Positions 1-12,759 of a DNA stretch of 64,000 bases are shown one piece after another (the first letter of the stretch is position 1; each line of letters begins with the position of its first letter). The stretch lies in NCBI RefSeq assembly GCF_006345805.1, contig NC_043020.1, positions 17,484,001-17,548,000 of the forward strand, given 5' to 3'. Under the pieces are notes generated by a model. The model worked only from the letters and a program-made list of their open reading frames with translations, searched no databases and was not told the origin of the DNA. A program made the translations under genes and the position numbers. Source of the DNA: Octopus sinensis. Lineage: Eukaryota.

Positions 1-630
1 TCTGGTCATTTCCTCAGTGAGGCCTAAAGTTCGAAGGTCGTGCTTCACCACCTCGTCCCAGGTTTTCCTGGGTCTACCTCTTCCACGGGTTCCCTCAACT
101 GCTAGGGATTGGCACTTTCTCACACACCTATCTTCATCCATTCTCGCCACATGACCATACCAGCGCAATCGTCTCTCTTGCACACCACAACTGATGCTTC
201 TTAGGTACAACATTTCTCTCAAGGTGCTAACGCTCTGTCGAGTATGTACACTGACATTACACATCCATCGGAGCATACTGGCTTCATTCCTCACGAGCTT
301 ACGCATGTCCTCAGCAGTCACAGCCCATGTTTCGCTGCCATGTAGCATGGCTGTTCGTACACACGCATCATACAGTCTGCCTTTTACTCTGAGCGAGAGG
401 CCTTTAGTCACCAGCAGAGGTAAGAGCTCCCTAAACTTTGCCCAGGCTATTCTTATTCTAGCAGTTACACTTTCAGCGCACCCACCCCCACTACTGACTT
501 GGTCACCTAGATAACGGAAGCTATCAACTACTTCTAGTTTTTCCCCCTGGAAAGTGACGGAAGTTGTTTTCTGCAGATTTTCGGAGGTTAATGCTCCCGA
601 GCATCTGCCACATACAAAAACTATCTTCCC
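1..630 (-). mobile_element. RTE-clade LINE, C-terminal part of RT ORF (5'-truncated, continues past window start)
   Basis: Minus-strand translation reads LEVVDSFRYLGD..SGGG...RIRIAWAKFRELLPLL...KGRLYDACVRTAMLHGSETW...RRLRWYGHVARM...RGRGRPRKTWDEVVKHDL, the typical RTE post-RT region. It is nearly intact and keeps its CpGs. Confidence 0.9.
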
Positions 631-679
631 AGTTAGCCTATATATATACATATATAAATATACATATATAAAAATCTTA

Positions 680-792
680 AGGTGGTGAGCTGGCAGAAAT
701 GTTAGCACGCCGGGTGAAATGTTTAGCAGTATTTTGTCTGTCTTTACGTTCTGAGTTCAAGGTCCACTTTGCCTTTCATCCTTTTGGGGTCA
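680..792 (+). mobile_element. SINE family B 5' fragment, between two RTE pieces
   Basis: ggtggtgagctggcagaaatgttagcacgccgg...ttctgagttcaa matches the head of the full copies at 39477 and 15686. Confidence 0.75.
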
Positions 793-796
793 ATTT

Positions 797-2490
797 TCTC
801 TCAAGATGCTTATACTCTGTCAAACATGCACATATATTGCACATCCAGCGAAGCATGCTGGCTTCATTTTTCTCAAGCCTATGCATGTCCTTGGCTGCTA
901 TACCCCATATTTTACTGCTATGCAGCATAGCTGTTCGTACACAGGTATAGCTGTTCGCACACAGGCATCATACAATCTCCTTTCACTCTGAGAGAGAGAA
1001 GCCCTTTATTGCCAGCAAGGGTAGGGGCTCTCTGAACTTTGCCCAGCCTATTCTTATTGCCATAGCTATGCTCTTGGAGCATCCACCTCCACTACTAACT
1101 AGATGTTGGAAGCTATCTACTACCTCCAGCTTACCCACTGACAGTTAATAGAGTCTATTTTCTGTACATTTTTGGTGTTTATTGTACTTGTGCATCTTCC
1201 ACACACAAATGTTAGTTTCCCTGTTAACCTTCCTCTGATATTGCTGCACCTCTTATGTGTCCAAAGCTTACACTGAGTACATTTTATAGAGTTTCTTTCT
1301 ATGCCTTTTCTCCAGATCGAGCAGAGCCATCAGCCTGAAGGGATTTGTGATTTGTCTGCCTCCCTACTTACTAAAACTTTGGTTTTTGCTTGGTTAACTC
1401 TAACACCCTTAGTTCTGGAAGTGATTCAGCTATAAGAACAAGGTCATCAGCATAGAGCAGCAGCCTGTCTTAAATTCTTCTGTTATTGCTTGAAGGACTA
1501 TGATAAACAAGAGGGGGCTGAAGACTGATCCTTGGTGAACCCCAACTTGTACCTTGAATTCTTTGCTGTACTCATTACCAACCCTCACCTTGCTGGTAGC
1601 GTCCCTGTACATGGCTTGTACAGCTCTCACCAACCACTCATTTATCCCTAGTTTCCGCATTGACCACCAGATAAGGGATTGGGGTAGCCTGTCAAAGGCT
1701 TTGCTCAAGTCAACAAAAGCCAAGTACAAAGTTTTATCTTCGGTTAGGTAATTCTCCTGTAGCTGCCTTACCAGAAATATAGTATCAGTGGTGCTTCTCC
1801 CAAGCATAAAACCAAACTGAATCTCATCTAGGCTAACTCTCACCCTATCTAGTTGGGCTATGATCCTCTCTGTAACTTTCACCTGGGTTTGATCCAACAG
1901 TTTGATACCTCTGTAATTATTTCTATCTAAGGCATCACCTTTACCTTTGTAGCTGTTGAATATGGTGCCGCTACACTAGTCATTGTGTATGACTCCTTCA
2001 TGAATCACCAGGTGACTAGACCTTAATCCACACCACCAGGTATTTTAAGCATCTCGGCAGTGATTCCTGATGGGTCTGATGCTTTCCCTGTCTTCATATT
2101 CTTAATTGCTTTATCTACCAAGATACTGTCAATCCAGATAGCTGGTCCTCAATTGAGTCAACATTTGACAGACTCTCCTCCCATTCATTCTCCATGTTCA
2201 GCAGTCTTTCATAATGGCATCTCCAAGCCTCTTTCTTTGCAGAATCTTTAAACACAAGGGCACCATCATCTATGTAGACACATTTCTCTTTTATGACATT
2301 TCAATTTTATTTCAAACACTGTCTAGCAATCTGAAATACTTCAAGACTTTGATCCTCATGTCACTGAACATAGGCAAACTTCTTTTCTGCTTCTCCCTTG
2401 ACTAGATATACCTGTCTCCTAGCTTCCCTTCTGGCTATCTGATACAGTTCTCTGCTACTCCCACTCTTCAAGGCCTGTTTCTTTGCTCTA
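797..2490 (-). mobile_element. Degenerate RTE-clade LINE, reverse transcriptase region
   Basis: ORF 1430-1897 contains QFGF..GRSTTDTIFLVRQLQE, LAFVDLSKAFDR and VGVHQGSVFSPLLF (RT motifs). Region 800-1200 aligns with the copy at 1-630. Frameshifts and stops are present. Confidence 0.9.
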
Positions 2491-2575
2491 GTCGCCCTGA
2501 TAAGTGGAAATTTTACCGGTGAGTGTGTTAAATTGTAAGGCAGTAAAAGAGACTGACTCTCCCCAGACACAACAG

Positions 2576-2659
2576 TACATATACATATATCTGTGCATAT
2601 ATATATATATACACACATTAATACATATATATATATGTATGTATATATATATGTTATAT

Positions 2660-2754
<95 letters not shown>

Positions 2755-2773
2755 TACATATACATATATATAC

Positions 2774-2810
<37 letters not shown>

Positions 2811-2880
2811 CATATATATATATGCATGTATGTATGTATATATATGTGCATATATATAAACATTCACACGCATATATGTA
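2576..2880. repeat. Compound (TA)n/(CA)n microsatellite
   Basis: Seen directly. It explains the overlapping YI/HT-repeat ORFs. Confidence 0.97.
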
Positions 2881-3399
2881 AACGTTTTATGTTCAATTAT
2901 AATAACGATTTTACATTATTCTGAAGGGAGTGCAAATTTATTGTTCTTAAACAAGAATATTATTGACAATGATTAGGAAGTTTTGGCCTGGATCTCGGTC
3001 ACAATTGCTATCTATTTAGAGTAATACGTCTGCCACAAGAAGGTTTAGCCATGTGTGACATTATTATTTGTATTGCCCCGTAATGGAGCCTCGCTTTGGA
3101 GAAAAACACCCTTTCTATTGTTATGTGATACCATATGGGTGTGCTTGCCCCCTGTGTGTGTGTGTGTTCACGTTTCCCTTTGTATGTTTGTCTGTGTGTG
3201 TTCATGTCTTTGTGTGGATGTGTATGAGTGAGTTTACGCCTTTGTGTGTTTGTGTATGGTTAGTGTATGTATGCGCGCGCGTGTGTATTTGTGCTTGAAA
3301 GTGTGTGTGCTGATATACTGACAGAACTTGCTTCTACTTGTCATTTGAATGGATGTTCACGACTTCTGGGAAGTACTAAATTCGCTTAAGTTCATTTCA

Positions 3400-4023
3400 A
3401 ATAACCAACAGTATTTCACGATTAAGCAAATATTTTACTTGCTTTTTAGTCGTATAGCTATCATCGCCAGTGGCCCGTGAGTCCGTCTATTAGGATTTAT
3501 AAGTGTAAGAAAGTACTCTTTCTTAATTAAGCAGACGTTCTACGCTATAGCCAAGACGTCTTTCTCGGTTAAGTGGACGTTCAATGATATAGTCAACTCT
3601 TACATGCTCCTTCCACTCTGCTATGAACATCCCGAAAGAAAACAAAAGCAACAATAACAGGGGCGGCGGCGGCAGCAGCAGCAGCAATGAAACGTCTAAT
3701 TTAATTGAATGAATGAATGGATGGAAAGACGTTCGACTATTTCTCGCTACACCCCTAGTGTCTTCGATTGCAACTGCAGCGACCAAACAAACACGTGAAC
3801 CAGCAGCAACAACAACAACAACAGCTGCTGCAGCAACAGTAGTAGTAGTAGTAATATCAGCAGCTGTAACAACAACAGCATCATCTGCAGTTCGAACCGC
3901 TGCATCTTTTCATTCGTGGTTTGATTGATACATGATGAAATTACACGCAAGATTCCATGCCCAGCTCAGTGAGGGCGACTGTTCGTTATGTTGAAGATGC
4001 CTTAACTTAAAAACACTGCAAAG
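3400..4023 (+). promoter_or_regulatory. Candidate promoter / non-coding first exon
   Basis: Non-repeat, CpG-retaining sequence with GGC/AGC/AAC triplet runs. It ends at a donor-like AAG|GTTTGT (4023/4024), identical to the donor of the DUF229 exon at 43679. Assignment to that gene is inference. Confidence 0.35.
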
Positions 4024-7000
4024 GTTTGTAGATATTTATTATTATTATTAATAATAATAAATGCACTTTAATTATCATTATTCCTCTTGTTGCGGCAGAC
4101 ATCGTAAAGCACAGACTGAAATCTGTAATCTATGTTTTAACGACCTCCCGTACAAAACGGAAGGGACCTCGTGCAAAATAACATCCTGGAATTCCCTAAT
4201 GTCTCAAAAAATATCCTCAAGTACACTATTGTATTTTTTTTTATAAAATGGACCATTAAGTCAGTTTAATTAGTCTTAGTAATCGCAGGTTCTTTCAGTG
4301 TCTCGCAGAATTATTTACTTTACACATGTGGAATCCTCAAATGTCTACAAATATTCTAATGTGTGCTGTTTTATGTCTATAAAATAAAAGTTTAGTTCTT
4401 GTAGAATTGTTATTAACTCAGTTTAATTAATCTTGATCACTTCAGTAAAGTGCTTAATTTGGACAAATACAGCATGTCGTTTCTGTTTACGTACAGATTC
4501 AACAACTTAACCGTGTGTTTGTGTGTGTATTCGCACGCACTGGGTTTCCACAAAGTCATTTGACAAAAAGATAATGTATTAAAATTACAACGGAAATTGG
4601 GGTAGCATAATATTAATAAAACTATCAATATCATTAATAAAAACTTTTATAATTATAACATTAGTATACAGCAAAAATTTAGTTGCAACCTCTTCTAAGA
4701 TTTCCGTAATGACTTTTTGAGATCGTCTTAAGACTTTGTGGATACGCTGTATGTATAAATATATATAGTTTTATATAAATATTCTACAGCTTTATGTTAT
4801 ATATTTTCGAATTTTGTTGAGTGTCAACTTTGCCATTCATAATTCTACGTTCAATAAAATTAAATACCGGTCGAATATTGGATCAATATAATTGACTGTT
4901 CCCTTTCATCCTATTTCTGGCTTGTGCCCATTTAAGAAATTATGTTTCTTGTTATTGTTACAGTAAAACTCTTAAGACGAGATGTGTTTCAGCCCTTTTA
5001 CATTCTGTGTATATATTTATCAAATAGCAACTAGACCTATGAAAAGAGCGAACTCTCCGTAGGGTCTCTAGCTATTGCAATAAAGTATATACTTCACATT
5101 ATTGTACGTAGTCCTCATTTGAACTACAGTGTACCCAGGTCATATTTTATATATAAATATTCATTTTTTTTTTCATTGTTCCGTTTACAATAAAATGAAG
5201 TACTTGTCAAGTACTGTGAGAAATAATAGTGGGGTTATATAATCTGTTTTTGTTTTATTCTTCTGCCAAAGTGTGTGGACTTATACCTTTTCAATACCTA
5301 TTTTATTAATCACTGTTATAAACCCCGCTGCTGACAATTTTGCCCTTCATTTATCTAGTAGGGGTCGGATAAACTAAAGTACTAACCAACTACTAAGGTT
5401 GATCTTATCGACTGTTATTCTTCCTAGCCTTGTGTCAACATTAGAATTGTTGTTGCTGAAGTCGCTTGAATGCAAATTAGCAGAATTAAACCTTTCATCA
5501 ACTTTGCATTACGTGTTCAAATCCCGTTTGGATCGCCTTGGTCGTTTCTCTTTTCGGAAGTATGGTCGTGCCGATAAAATAAGTAGTAGGTAGTGTTGTC
5601 GATTTAATTGACTGTTCCCACCACTGCCACCTTTTCTTGGCCTTTATGCTAAAATTAAAAATCATTATTATCATTTTATGTTACAAGTTCGAATCCCGCC
5701 GAGGTCAACAGTGGATTTTTAGGGCGCCAGACGAAAATATCTGCAGTATTTGAGTTCAAACCCTCGTTGGTTAACTTCACTTTCCGAGGTCGATAAAATA
5801 AAGTACCCGCGAAGTACTGGAGTAGATTGAGTATTCGTAGAGAGTATCCTACATGTAAATGGAATTAAAATAGAAGACGAAAACTGTTTTGCCTTACAAC
5901 TTCCAAGATTGTCGACAAGTATTGAGGTCATGGGATAAGAAATCGTTATTTAACTCCAGGTGATGCGTCCTGAACGGACAGGCCCATGATTTCATGCATT
6001 CCATTCAAGACAGTCATTTAGTTTTCAAATACAGTTCATCTAGTACTACAACATCCAATGTATTCCACATCTTTAAAGAAAGCAGTGTACAATTTGAAGG
6101 AGACATGTCTGTCTGCTATTTCTAGCTGATCGGATAACCACATAAGTGGCAAATCAACGAAGGAGCCTTACGCGATCGTTCGACTTGCTAGCAATAGCAG
6201 CCAAATTTCCCTCCATTCACATGCTAAGAAAACGGCACCTTAGTTAATGGGTCCTGTGTTTCTTGCACAAATGAAAAAACCAGATGGCTATTGCTGAAAT
6301 GTCTGACCACAAGTCTGCTCAGTGTATTGTGCTATCAATATAGTTATGTGTAACCCTTGTTGTTTATCCTCAGGTCAGTTCTGACTGAGCAGACATTTGA
6401 TCAGAAACAATCTAGCCATGACTGTCTGGGTGATGAACAAGAGTGAAGGTGCAGTGTCTATGTAATAAGTCCTTGTTGTGGTGTAGCTTTGTGTTGGCTC
6501 TGATCAAACAACAAGGTGCAACACAAAGATCTATCTTTTCATTATGTTTGAGAAATATCTTTGTGTGTTGAGCTTTTATTTTGACCAGTCCTCTAGCTAT
6601 GGCCATCCTGTCTTCTGGCATATTACATCACATCACTGTATCTTGTACAAGATGGTAGCATGTTTGCATGATTAAAAAGCCTTCCAACCACATGGTTTTG
6701 GGTTTAGTCCTACTGCATGGCACCTTGGGTAAGTGTCTTCTATAGCTCCAAACTGACCAATACTTTGAGTATGAATTTGATAAACAGAAACTGTGTGGAA
6801 GCCTTTCATGCCTTTTAGTTTGTTTCAGTTATTAGACTGCGGCCAAGCTGGAACACCAACTTGATTTTTTTTTGTGTCTTAGTCAAAGGAATCAACCCCA
6901 GTACATACTTTGTAAACCTGGTACTTACTGCCAAGTTACAAGGACATAAACATGCCAACACTGATTACCAAACAGTGATGAGGGACAAACATACATACAC

Positions 7001-7744
7001 ATGCATATGACAGGCTTCTTTCAGTTTCCATCTTCCAAATTCACTCAAAAGGCTTAGGTCAGTCTGAAGCTATAGTAGAAGATACTTGCCCAAGGGCCAT
7101 GCAGTGGGGCTGAACTCAGAATCATGTGGTTAGGAAGCAAGGTTAAATTTATGTGTGTGTAGTCTTTGTGTCTGTCCCACTTCCCCACCACTTGACAACT
7201 GGTGTTGGTTTGTTTACAACCAGTAACTTAGTCATCATCATCTACCGTCAGCTCTCCATTCAACAAAAGAGACCAATAGAATAGTTACCAGATTTTAAAA
7301 ATAAGTACTGTTTGACTAAAACCCTACAAGTTGGTACCCCAGCATGGCTGCAGTCAATTGACTGAAGCAAATAAAAAATAAAAGATAGTGTGTAGGCTTG
7401 ACTGGAAGAACACTTTTAACCTGGCAGAGAGTAACCTCTGTGTAGAGTTAATGACGAAAAAGAAAATAGCCATACTGGACTAGGCACTTGCTACCTTTTG
7501 ACAAGGTATAGCACCCAACAGCCATCTTGCCCTGGATCACAAATAATGCCAAGGGAAATTGTAGTTGTCACCAGTGCTGGTGACAGGTAAAAGGCACCTG
7601 TGCTGGTGATAGATGAAAAGCACCTGTGCCAGTGAAATGTGAGGGACACCCATGTCAGTGATGTGTGAAGGATACCCATGCTGGGGATGTGTGCGAGGTA
7701 CCAGCACTGGTGACATTTGAGAGGTGCCCATGTTGGGGACCTAT

Positions 7745-7994
7745 TCACGAATGTTGCGTATGGATGGTAACACATAAATGTGAAACAAGATGAGAACCCA
7801 AGTATCAGTGGCGAGGCGGGGCTCGTGGGGTCCGAGCTAAACCCGCCCCCACTCCATCCGTAATGTCTTCTGGTCTGTTCTACCATTCGATTTTTTAAAG
7901 TTCATCATTTTGTGTAATTTCATTCGTTAATCTGACCCCATATCAGATTGTATTGTCCCCTCTATGTTTGCCCCTTGTGGGTAATAAAAAATCA
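7745..7994 (+). mobile_element. 3' end of a Tx1/L1-like LINE inserted into an RTE-tailed repeat
   Basis: Flanked by a 15-bp TSD atgttgg(g/a)gacctat (7730-7744, 7995-8009). The terminus ttgtattgtcc...gcccttgtg...taataaa resembles the LINE 3'UTR at 41210-41295. Confidence 0.6.
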
Positions 7995-8680
7995 ATGTTG
8001 GAGACCTATGAAGGGCACATGTGCCAGTGATGCGCAAGAGGCACTCATGCTAGGGAAGTGTGAAAGGTGATCGCACTGAGGATGCGGGATAGCACCTGTG
8101 TTGGGGACACATCAGGGGAACCCGCACTGGCAATACATTGGAGTCGCCTAGTACACTCTGTGGAGTGTTGGTGTTAGGAAGGGCACCCAGACCTAGAAAC
8201 CAAGCCAAAACAGACTGGAGACTGGTGCACCTCTTTGGCATATCAGCTCCAGTCAAACCGTTTTACCATGCTAGCATGGAAAATTGTCTGTAAATGATGA
8301 TGATGATGAATCTGCATAGTGGATATGCAGAATTGTCCACTAGCCAACTTCAGTACTGTACTATGCAAGACAGAGAGACCTCAGTGAGGTCACAAAACAG
8401 GATTATCAACTTCTTGAAGTGTATTGCTGGCAATGTCTAGAGACCTGGAAATCATAAGTGTTACTAACCAACAAAACAATCCTCTTGATATCCTCTAACT
8501 TGATGGCATGTCCTGATCCATCTTCACCACCATTTTGCTTTCCCAACTCGGTTAATCATATAAACTGTTAGTGTTCACAGGGCTTGATGTGTAATTGTAA
8601 GATCCAAGGATCTAAGTGTAGGAAGTTTGTAAGCTTTGAGCAGTCTGTGGTAGATATAAAAAGCATTTCAAATTTATCTA

Positions 8681-9080
8681 GGCACAGGAGTGGCTGTGTG
8701 GTATGTAGCTTGCTTACCAACCACATAGTTCTGGGTTCAGTCCCACTGTGTGGCACCTTGGGCAAGTGTCTTTTACTATAGCCTCGGGCTGACCAAAGCC
8801 TTGTGAGTGGATTTGGTAGACGGAAACTGAAAGAAGCCTGTCGTATATATATATATATATGTATGTGTGTGTATATATGCTTTTGTGTCTGTGTTTGTTC
8901 CCCCAACATCGCTTGACAACCAATGGTGGTGTGTTTACGTCCCCGTAACTTAGTGGTTCAGCAAAAGAGACCAATAGAATAAGTACTAGGTTTACAAAGA
9001 ATAAGTCCTGGGGTTGATTTGCTCGACTAAAGGCAGTGCTCCAGCATGGCCGCAGTCAAATGACTGAAACAAGTAAAGAG
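8681..9080 (+). mobile_element. SINE family A (tRNA-like head, CORE-like ccttgggcaagtg motif, internal TA/TG microsatellite)
   Basis: Head gcaggagtggctgtgtggtaag...ggttcagtccc has Pol III A/B-box-like motifs, and the tail is ...gactgaaacaagtaaaag. More than 15 copies occur in the window. Confidence 0.85.
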
Positions 9081-9742
9081 TATATATATATATATATATA
9101 TAAGGTTAATCCAAATGGGAAAACAGAAAAAACAACAACACGTGGAACAATTAAAGTATTATTATTATTAGGCGCTCATATATTTATGTTTGTGTATCTG
9201 TCTGTTCCCCACCACCACTGAACAACTATTGTTGGTTTGTTTATGTCCTCCTAACTTAGCGATTCAGCAAAAGAAACTAAGACTAGTAGGACAAGTACCA
9301 GGCTCATCAAAAAAAAAAATACTGGAATTGATTCATTCAACTAAAAATTCTTCGAGGTGCTGCTCCAGCATGGCCACGGTCTAATAACTAAAACAAGTAA
9401 AAGATAAAAGATATCTCTCCCCCCCCACTACAGCAAGACACCTGTTCCTATCCCTGTATCTTACATTTACCTCTCATCACTTGGCATAAAGCTATCTACC
9501 TGAATACTACACCCTACCTCAGTTGAAGAAGCTTATCTTGTCAGTTACTTGTCAGTCTCACTAGTGCCAGTGTTATGTAAAAACCACCCAGTACTCTCTG
9601 TAAAATCAGATGGCATTGGGAAAGGCATCCATCTGTAGAAACTATGCTAAAGCAGACATTGGTGTTGGTGCAATCCTCCAGCTTACCAGCTCCTGTTGAA
9701 CAATCCGTCTTAACCCGTCCCATTATGAAAAACACATGTTAA

Positions 9743-10203
9743 CCCTTTAGCATTTGGATTACTTTGTCACGTGTAATGCTTATTTATTCACCTGGTTTAA
9801 ATTATCTTGTTGCTTTGTGATTTCAATGATGTGGTTGTTTGTTTTTAGAATGACATTGCAGGGTAGGTGTTAGAGGCCAGATCTAGCCAGTTCAAACATA
9901 GAGTAAGTGGAATATTTGACTGGCCTCCGTGCCGGTGGCACGTAAAATGCACCATCCGATTGTGGCCGTTGCCAGCCTTGTCTGGCACCTGTGCAGGTGG
10001 CACGTAAAAAGCACCCTCTACACTCACGGAGTGGTTGGCGTTAGGAAGGGCATCCAGCTGTAGAAACCTTGACAGATCAGATTGGAGCCTGGTGCAGCCT
10101 TCTGGCTTCCCAGACCCCAGTTGAACCGTCCAACCCATGCTAGCATGGAAAACGGACGTTAAACGATGATGATGATGATATGGCTGATTTTAAACACTAA
10201 TGG
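9743..10203. mobile_element. TTAA-flanked piggyBac-type MITE (family 2) with nested RTE-tailed repeat at about 9921-10177
   Basis: ttaa|ccctttagca...ctaatgg|ttaa. The body is the reverse complement of 39809-40038. Confidence 0.65.
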
Positions 10204-10490
10204 TTAAATGGCAATAATAATGATGATGATGAAACAAAAAAAGTTAAAACCAGGTGATGGTAGTATTTGAGGAAGATTTAGCTGTAGTTTGAATAACTAA
10301 ACACAGGCTTGTATACAAGGTTATGAAGGCTTCCGTGTTAAAGCACAAGATGTATCCTGTTTAGGTCACATACTGTCGTTGTAGTTGGAGTGTGTGGGAA
10401 ATAGAATACCTAGATAAAATGACAAAACATGTCAGAACATAAAACAAAGAAACCTTTATATTCTTCTTTGAAGTAAAAACAACGTGTGAA

Positions 10491-10685
10491 ACTGGCTCTG
10501 GATCTAAGTACAAATGTCTTGTTTTCATAAGTTCTGAATTAAAATCTTCCACCAAACCTTAGTCACAATTTATGTTCCTAACACTAGTTTAATGATAACT
10601 AAGTTATTTTACTAAATTCTTTGTCATATTTAAAGTAATTGAAAGAAACACAGAGCATCTCAAAATAAATACAGTAATGAAAGGG
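10491..10685 (+). mobile_element. piggyBac MITE family 1, one end truncated
   Basis: Matches 18842-19061 and ends gtaatgaaaggg|ttaa. Confidence 0.8.
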
Positions 10686-10888
10686 TTAACTTAATCATTC
10701 ATACCTCCCTTTTGAATTTAGTGGCCTTGTCCTGGTGCAAGAGCCTCAGACAAATGCTTTATGTCATTTCTTTTAGCTGTTTGCATTGAAGTCTCCTTCC
10801 TTCTGGTTTTAATAAAATGAAGTAGCAGTCCAGTACCGGTCCTTTATTTTATTGAAGGGGACTGGTTTAATTGCTGTAATTAATTTCC

Positions 10889-11202
10889 CACTGCGTGGCA
10901 TCTTGGGCAAATGTCTTCTGCTATAGCCCCGGGCCGATCAATGCCTTGTGAGTGGATTTGGTAGACGGAAACTGAAAGAAGCCCATCGTATATATATGTA
11001 TATGTGTGTCTGTGTTTGCCCCCCCTAGCATTGCTTGACAACCGATGCTGGTGTGTTTACGTCCCCGTCACTTAGCGGTTCGGCAAAAGAACCAATAGAA
11101 TAAGTACTCGGCTTACAAAGAATAAGTCCTGGAGTCGATTTGCTCGACTAAAAGCTGTGCTCCAGCATGGCCGCAGTCAAATGACTGAAACAAGTAAAAG
11201 AG
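10889..11202 (+). mobile_element. SINE family A, 5'-truncated
   Basis: High similarity to 20483-20880 from ccactgcgtggc onward. Confidence 0.85.
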
Positions 11203-11475
11203 TAAACCATCCCCACACTTCCTTCAGGATTACTGACTTTGTATCTAAATTAGAAACATTTGAAGGTGTTGTAGTAGAATCATTAAAGTATCAGGAAAAT
11301 TGCTTTGCAGTATTTGTTCTGGCTCTTAACACTCTGAGTAAAGGTGCGTGGCTTAGTGGTTAGGTTATTTGACTCACGGTTGTAATGTTGTCAGTTCAAT
11401 ACTCGACAGTGCATTGTGTCGTTAAGCAAGACACTTTATTTTATATTGCCTCAGTCCACTCATCAGGCAGAAATG

Positions 11476-11890
11476 ACCTGGCAGAAACGTTAGCTCGCCG
11501 GGCGAAATGCTTAGTGGTATTTCGTCTGCCATTACGTTGTGAGTTCAAATTCTGCCGAGGTCGACTTTGCCTTTCATCCTTTCAGGGTTGATAAATTAAG
11601 TACCAGTTATGCACAGGGGTCGATGTAATCGACTTAATACCTATGTCTGTCCTTGTTTGTCCCCTCTATGTTTAGCCCTTTGTGGGTAGTAAAGAAATAA
11701 GTATTTCATCTGCTGCTACTTTCTGAGTTCAAATTCTGCCGAGGTCAACTTTGCCTTTCATCCTTTCGGGGTTGATAAATTAAGTACCAGTTACACACTG
11801 GGGTCAATATAATAGATTTAATCCGTTTGTCTGTCCTTGTTTGTCCCCTCTATATTTAGCCCCTTGTGGGCAGTAAAGAAATAAGAAATA
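11476..11890 (+). mobile_element. SINE family B dimer (full monomer plus head-less monomer)
   Basis: The second unit starts at gtatttc, directly after the tail aaagaaata. Confidence 0.85.
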
Positions 11891-12759
11891 AGTTGTACCT
11901 GTATTTCAAAAAGCCGGCCTTGTTATATTCTGTGTATCACTCTGAGTCTCCCTGAAAACTACATTAAATGTATGTATGTCTGTGGAGTGCTCAGCCACTT
12001 GCACATTAATTTCATGAGCAGGCTGTTCTGTTGATTAAATCAGCTGGAACCCTCATTATTTTAACCGACAGTGCCAGTTAGTTAACATTATGAGTTCAAA
12101 TTCCAGCAGAATCAGTTTTGCCATTCTTTCTGAGGTTGATTAAAATGAAATACCAATCAAGTGCTTGGGTAGGATGGGGGTCTAAATAATCAGCAGTATC
12201 CTATCTCAATATATAGTTGCTTGATCTAATAGAAATAGCAGCCAGACCTCCTCAAATCAATCTCTGCTGTCTTGAAGAAAGACAATCAAATATCAGTCTA
12301 GCATATTGGAATGATAAAATTATTAGCATATAAAATAGGTACCTTGTGGTATTTATTCTAATTCTCTGTGTTATCTGCACTTGGTTGGTATATTTAATCT
12401 GCCACCACTTGGTCCTTGGATACCTTTTGTGGGATCCATCATGTTGCAAGCATTCATATCAGGTTTTGGGTTTGAGGATAACTTTGGAATCCCTGAAAGA
12501 AAGAAAGAAAGGCTCAAGGACACTGGCCCTTCCTTCCCTGATTACATGAGCTGCATGCATGGTTGTATGGTTAAGAAGCTCAAAATGCAACCACATGATT
12601 CAGGTTCAGTCCCATGGCATGGCACCTTAGGCAAGTGTCTTCTATTTTAGCCCCAGGGTTGAGCAATGCCTCGATAGTGAATTTGGTAGACAGAAGCTGT
12701 GTTGAAACCTGTTGTCAATATATGCAGGGTCTGTATAATCAACAATATCCTACCTGTTC

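Noticed and set aside
2361-2881. ORFs rich in YI/HT/CV repeats (also 20388-21142, 25096-25452, 53560-54129)
   Set aside because: These are stop-free readings of dinucleotide microsatellites and SINE A bodies.
11385-11591. Recurrent small proteins such as LARRAKCLVVF..KFCRGRLCLSSF (also 15667, 39345) and [21 protein letters not shown] (many)
   Set aside because: These are translations of SINE B and SINE A consensus sequence. They recur because the repeat does.
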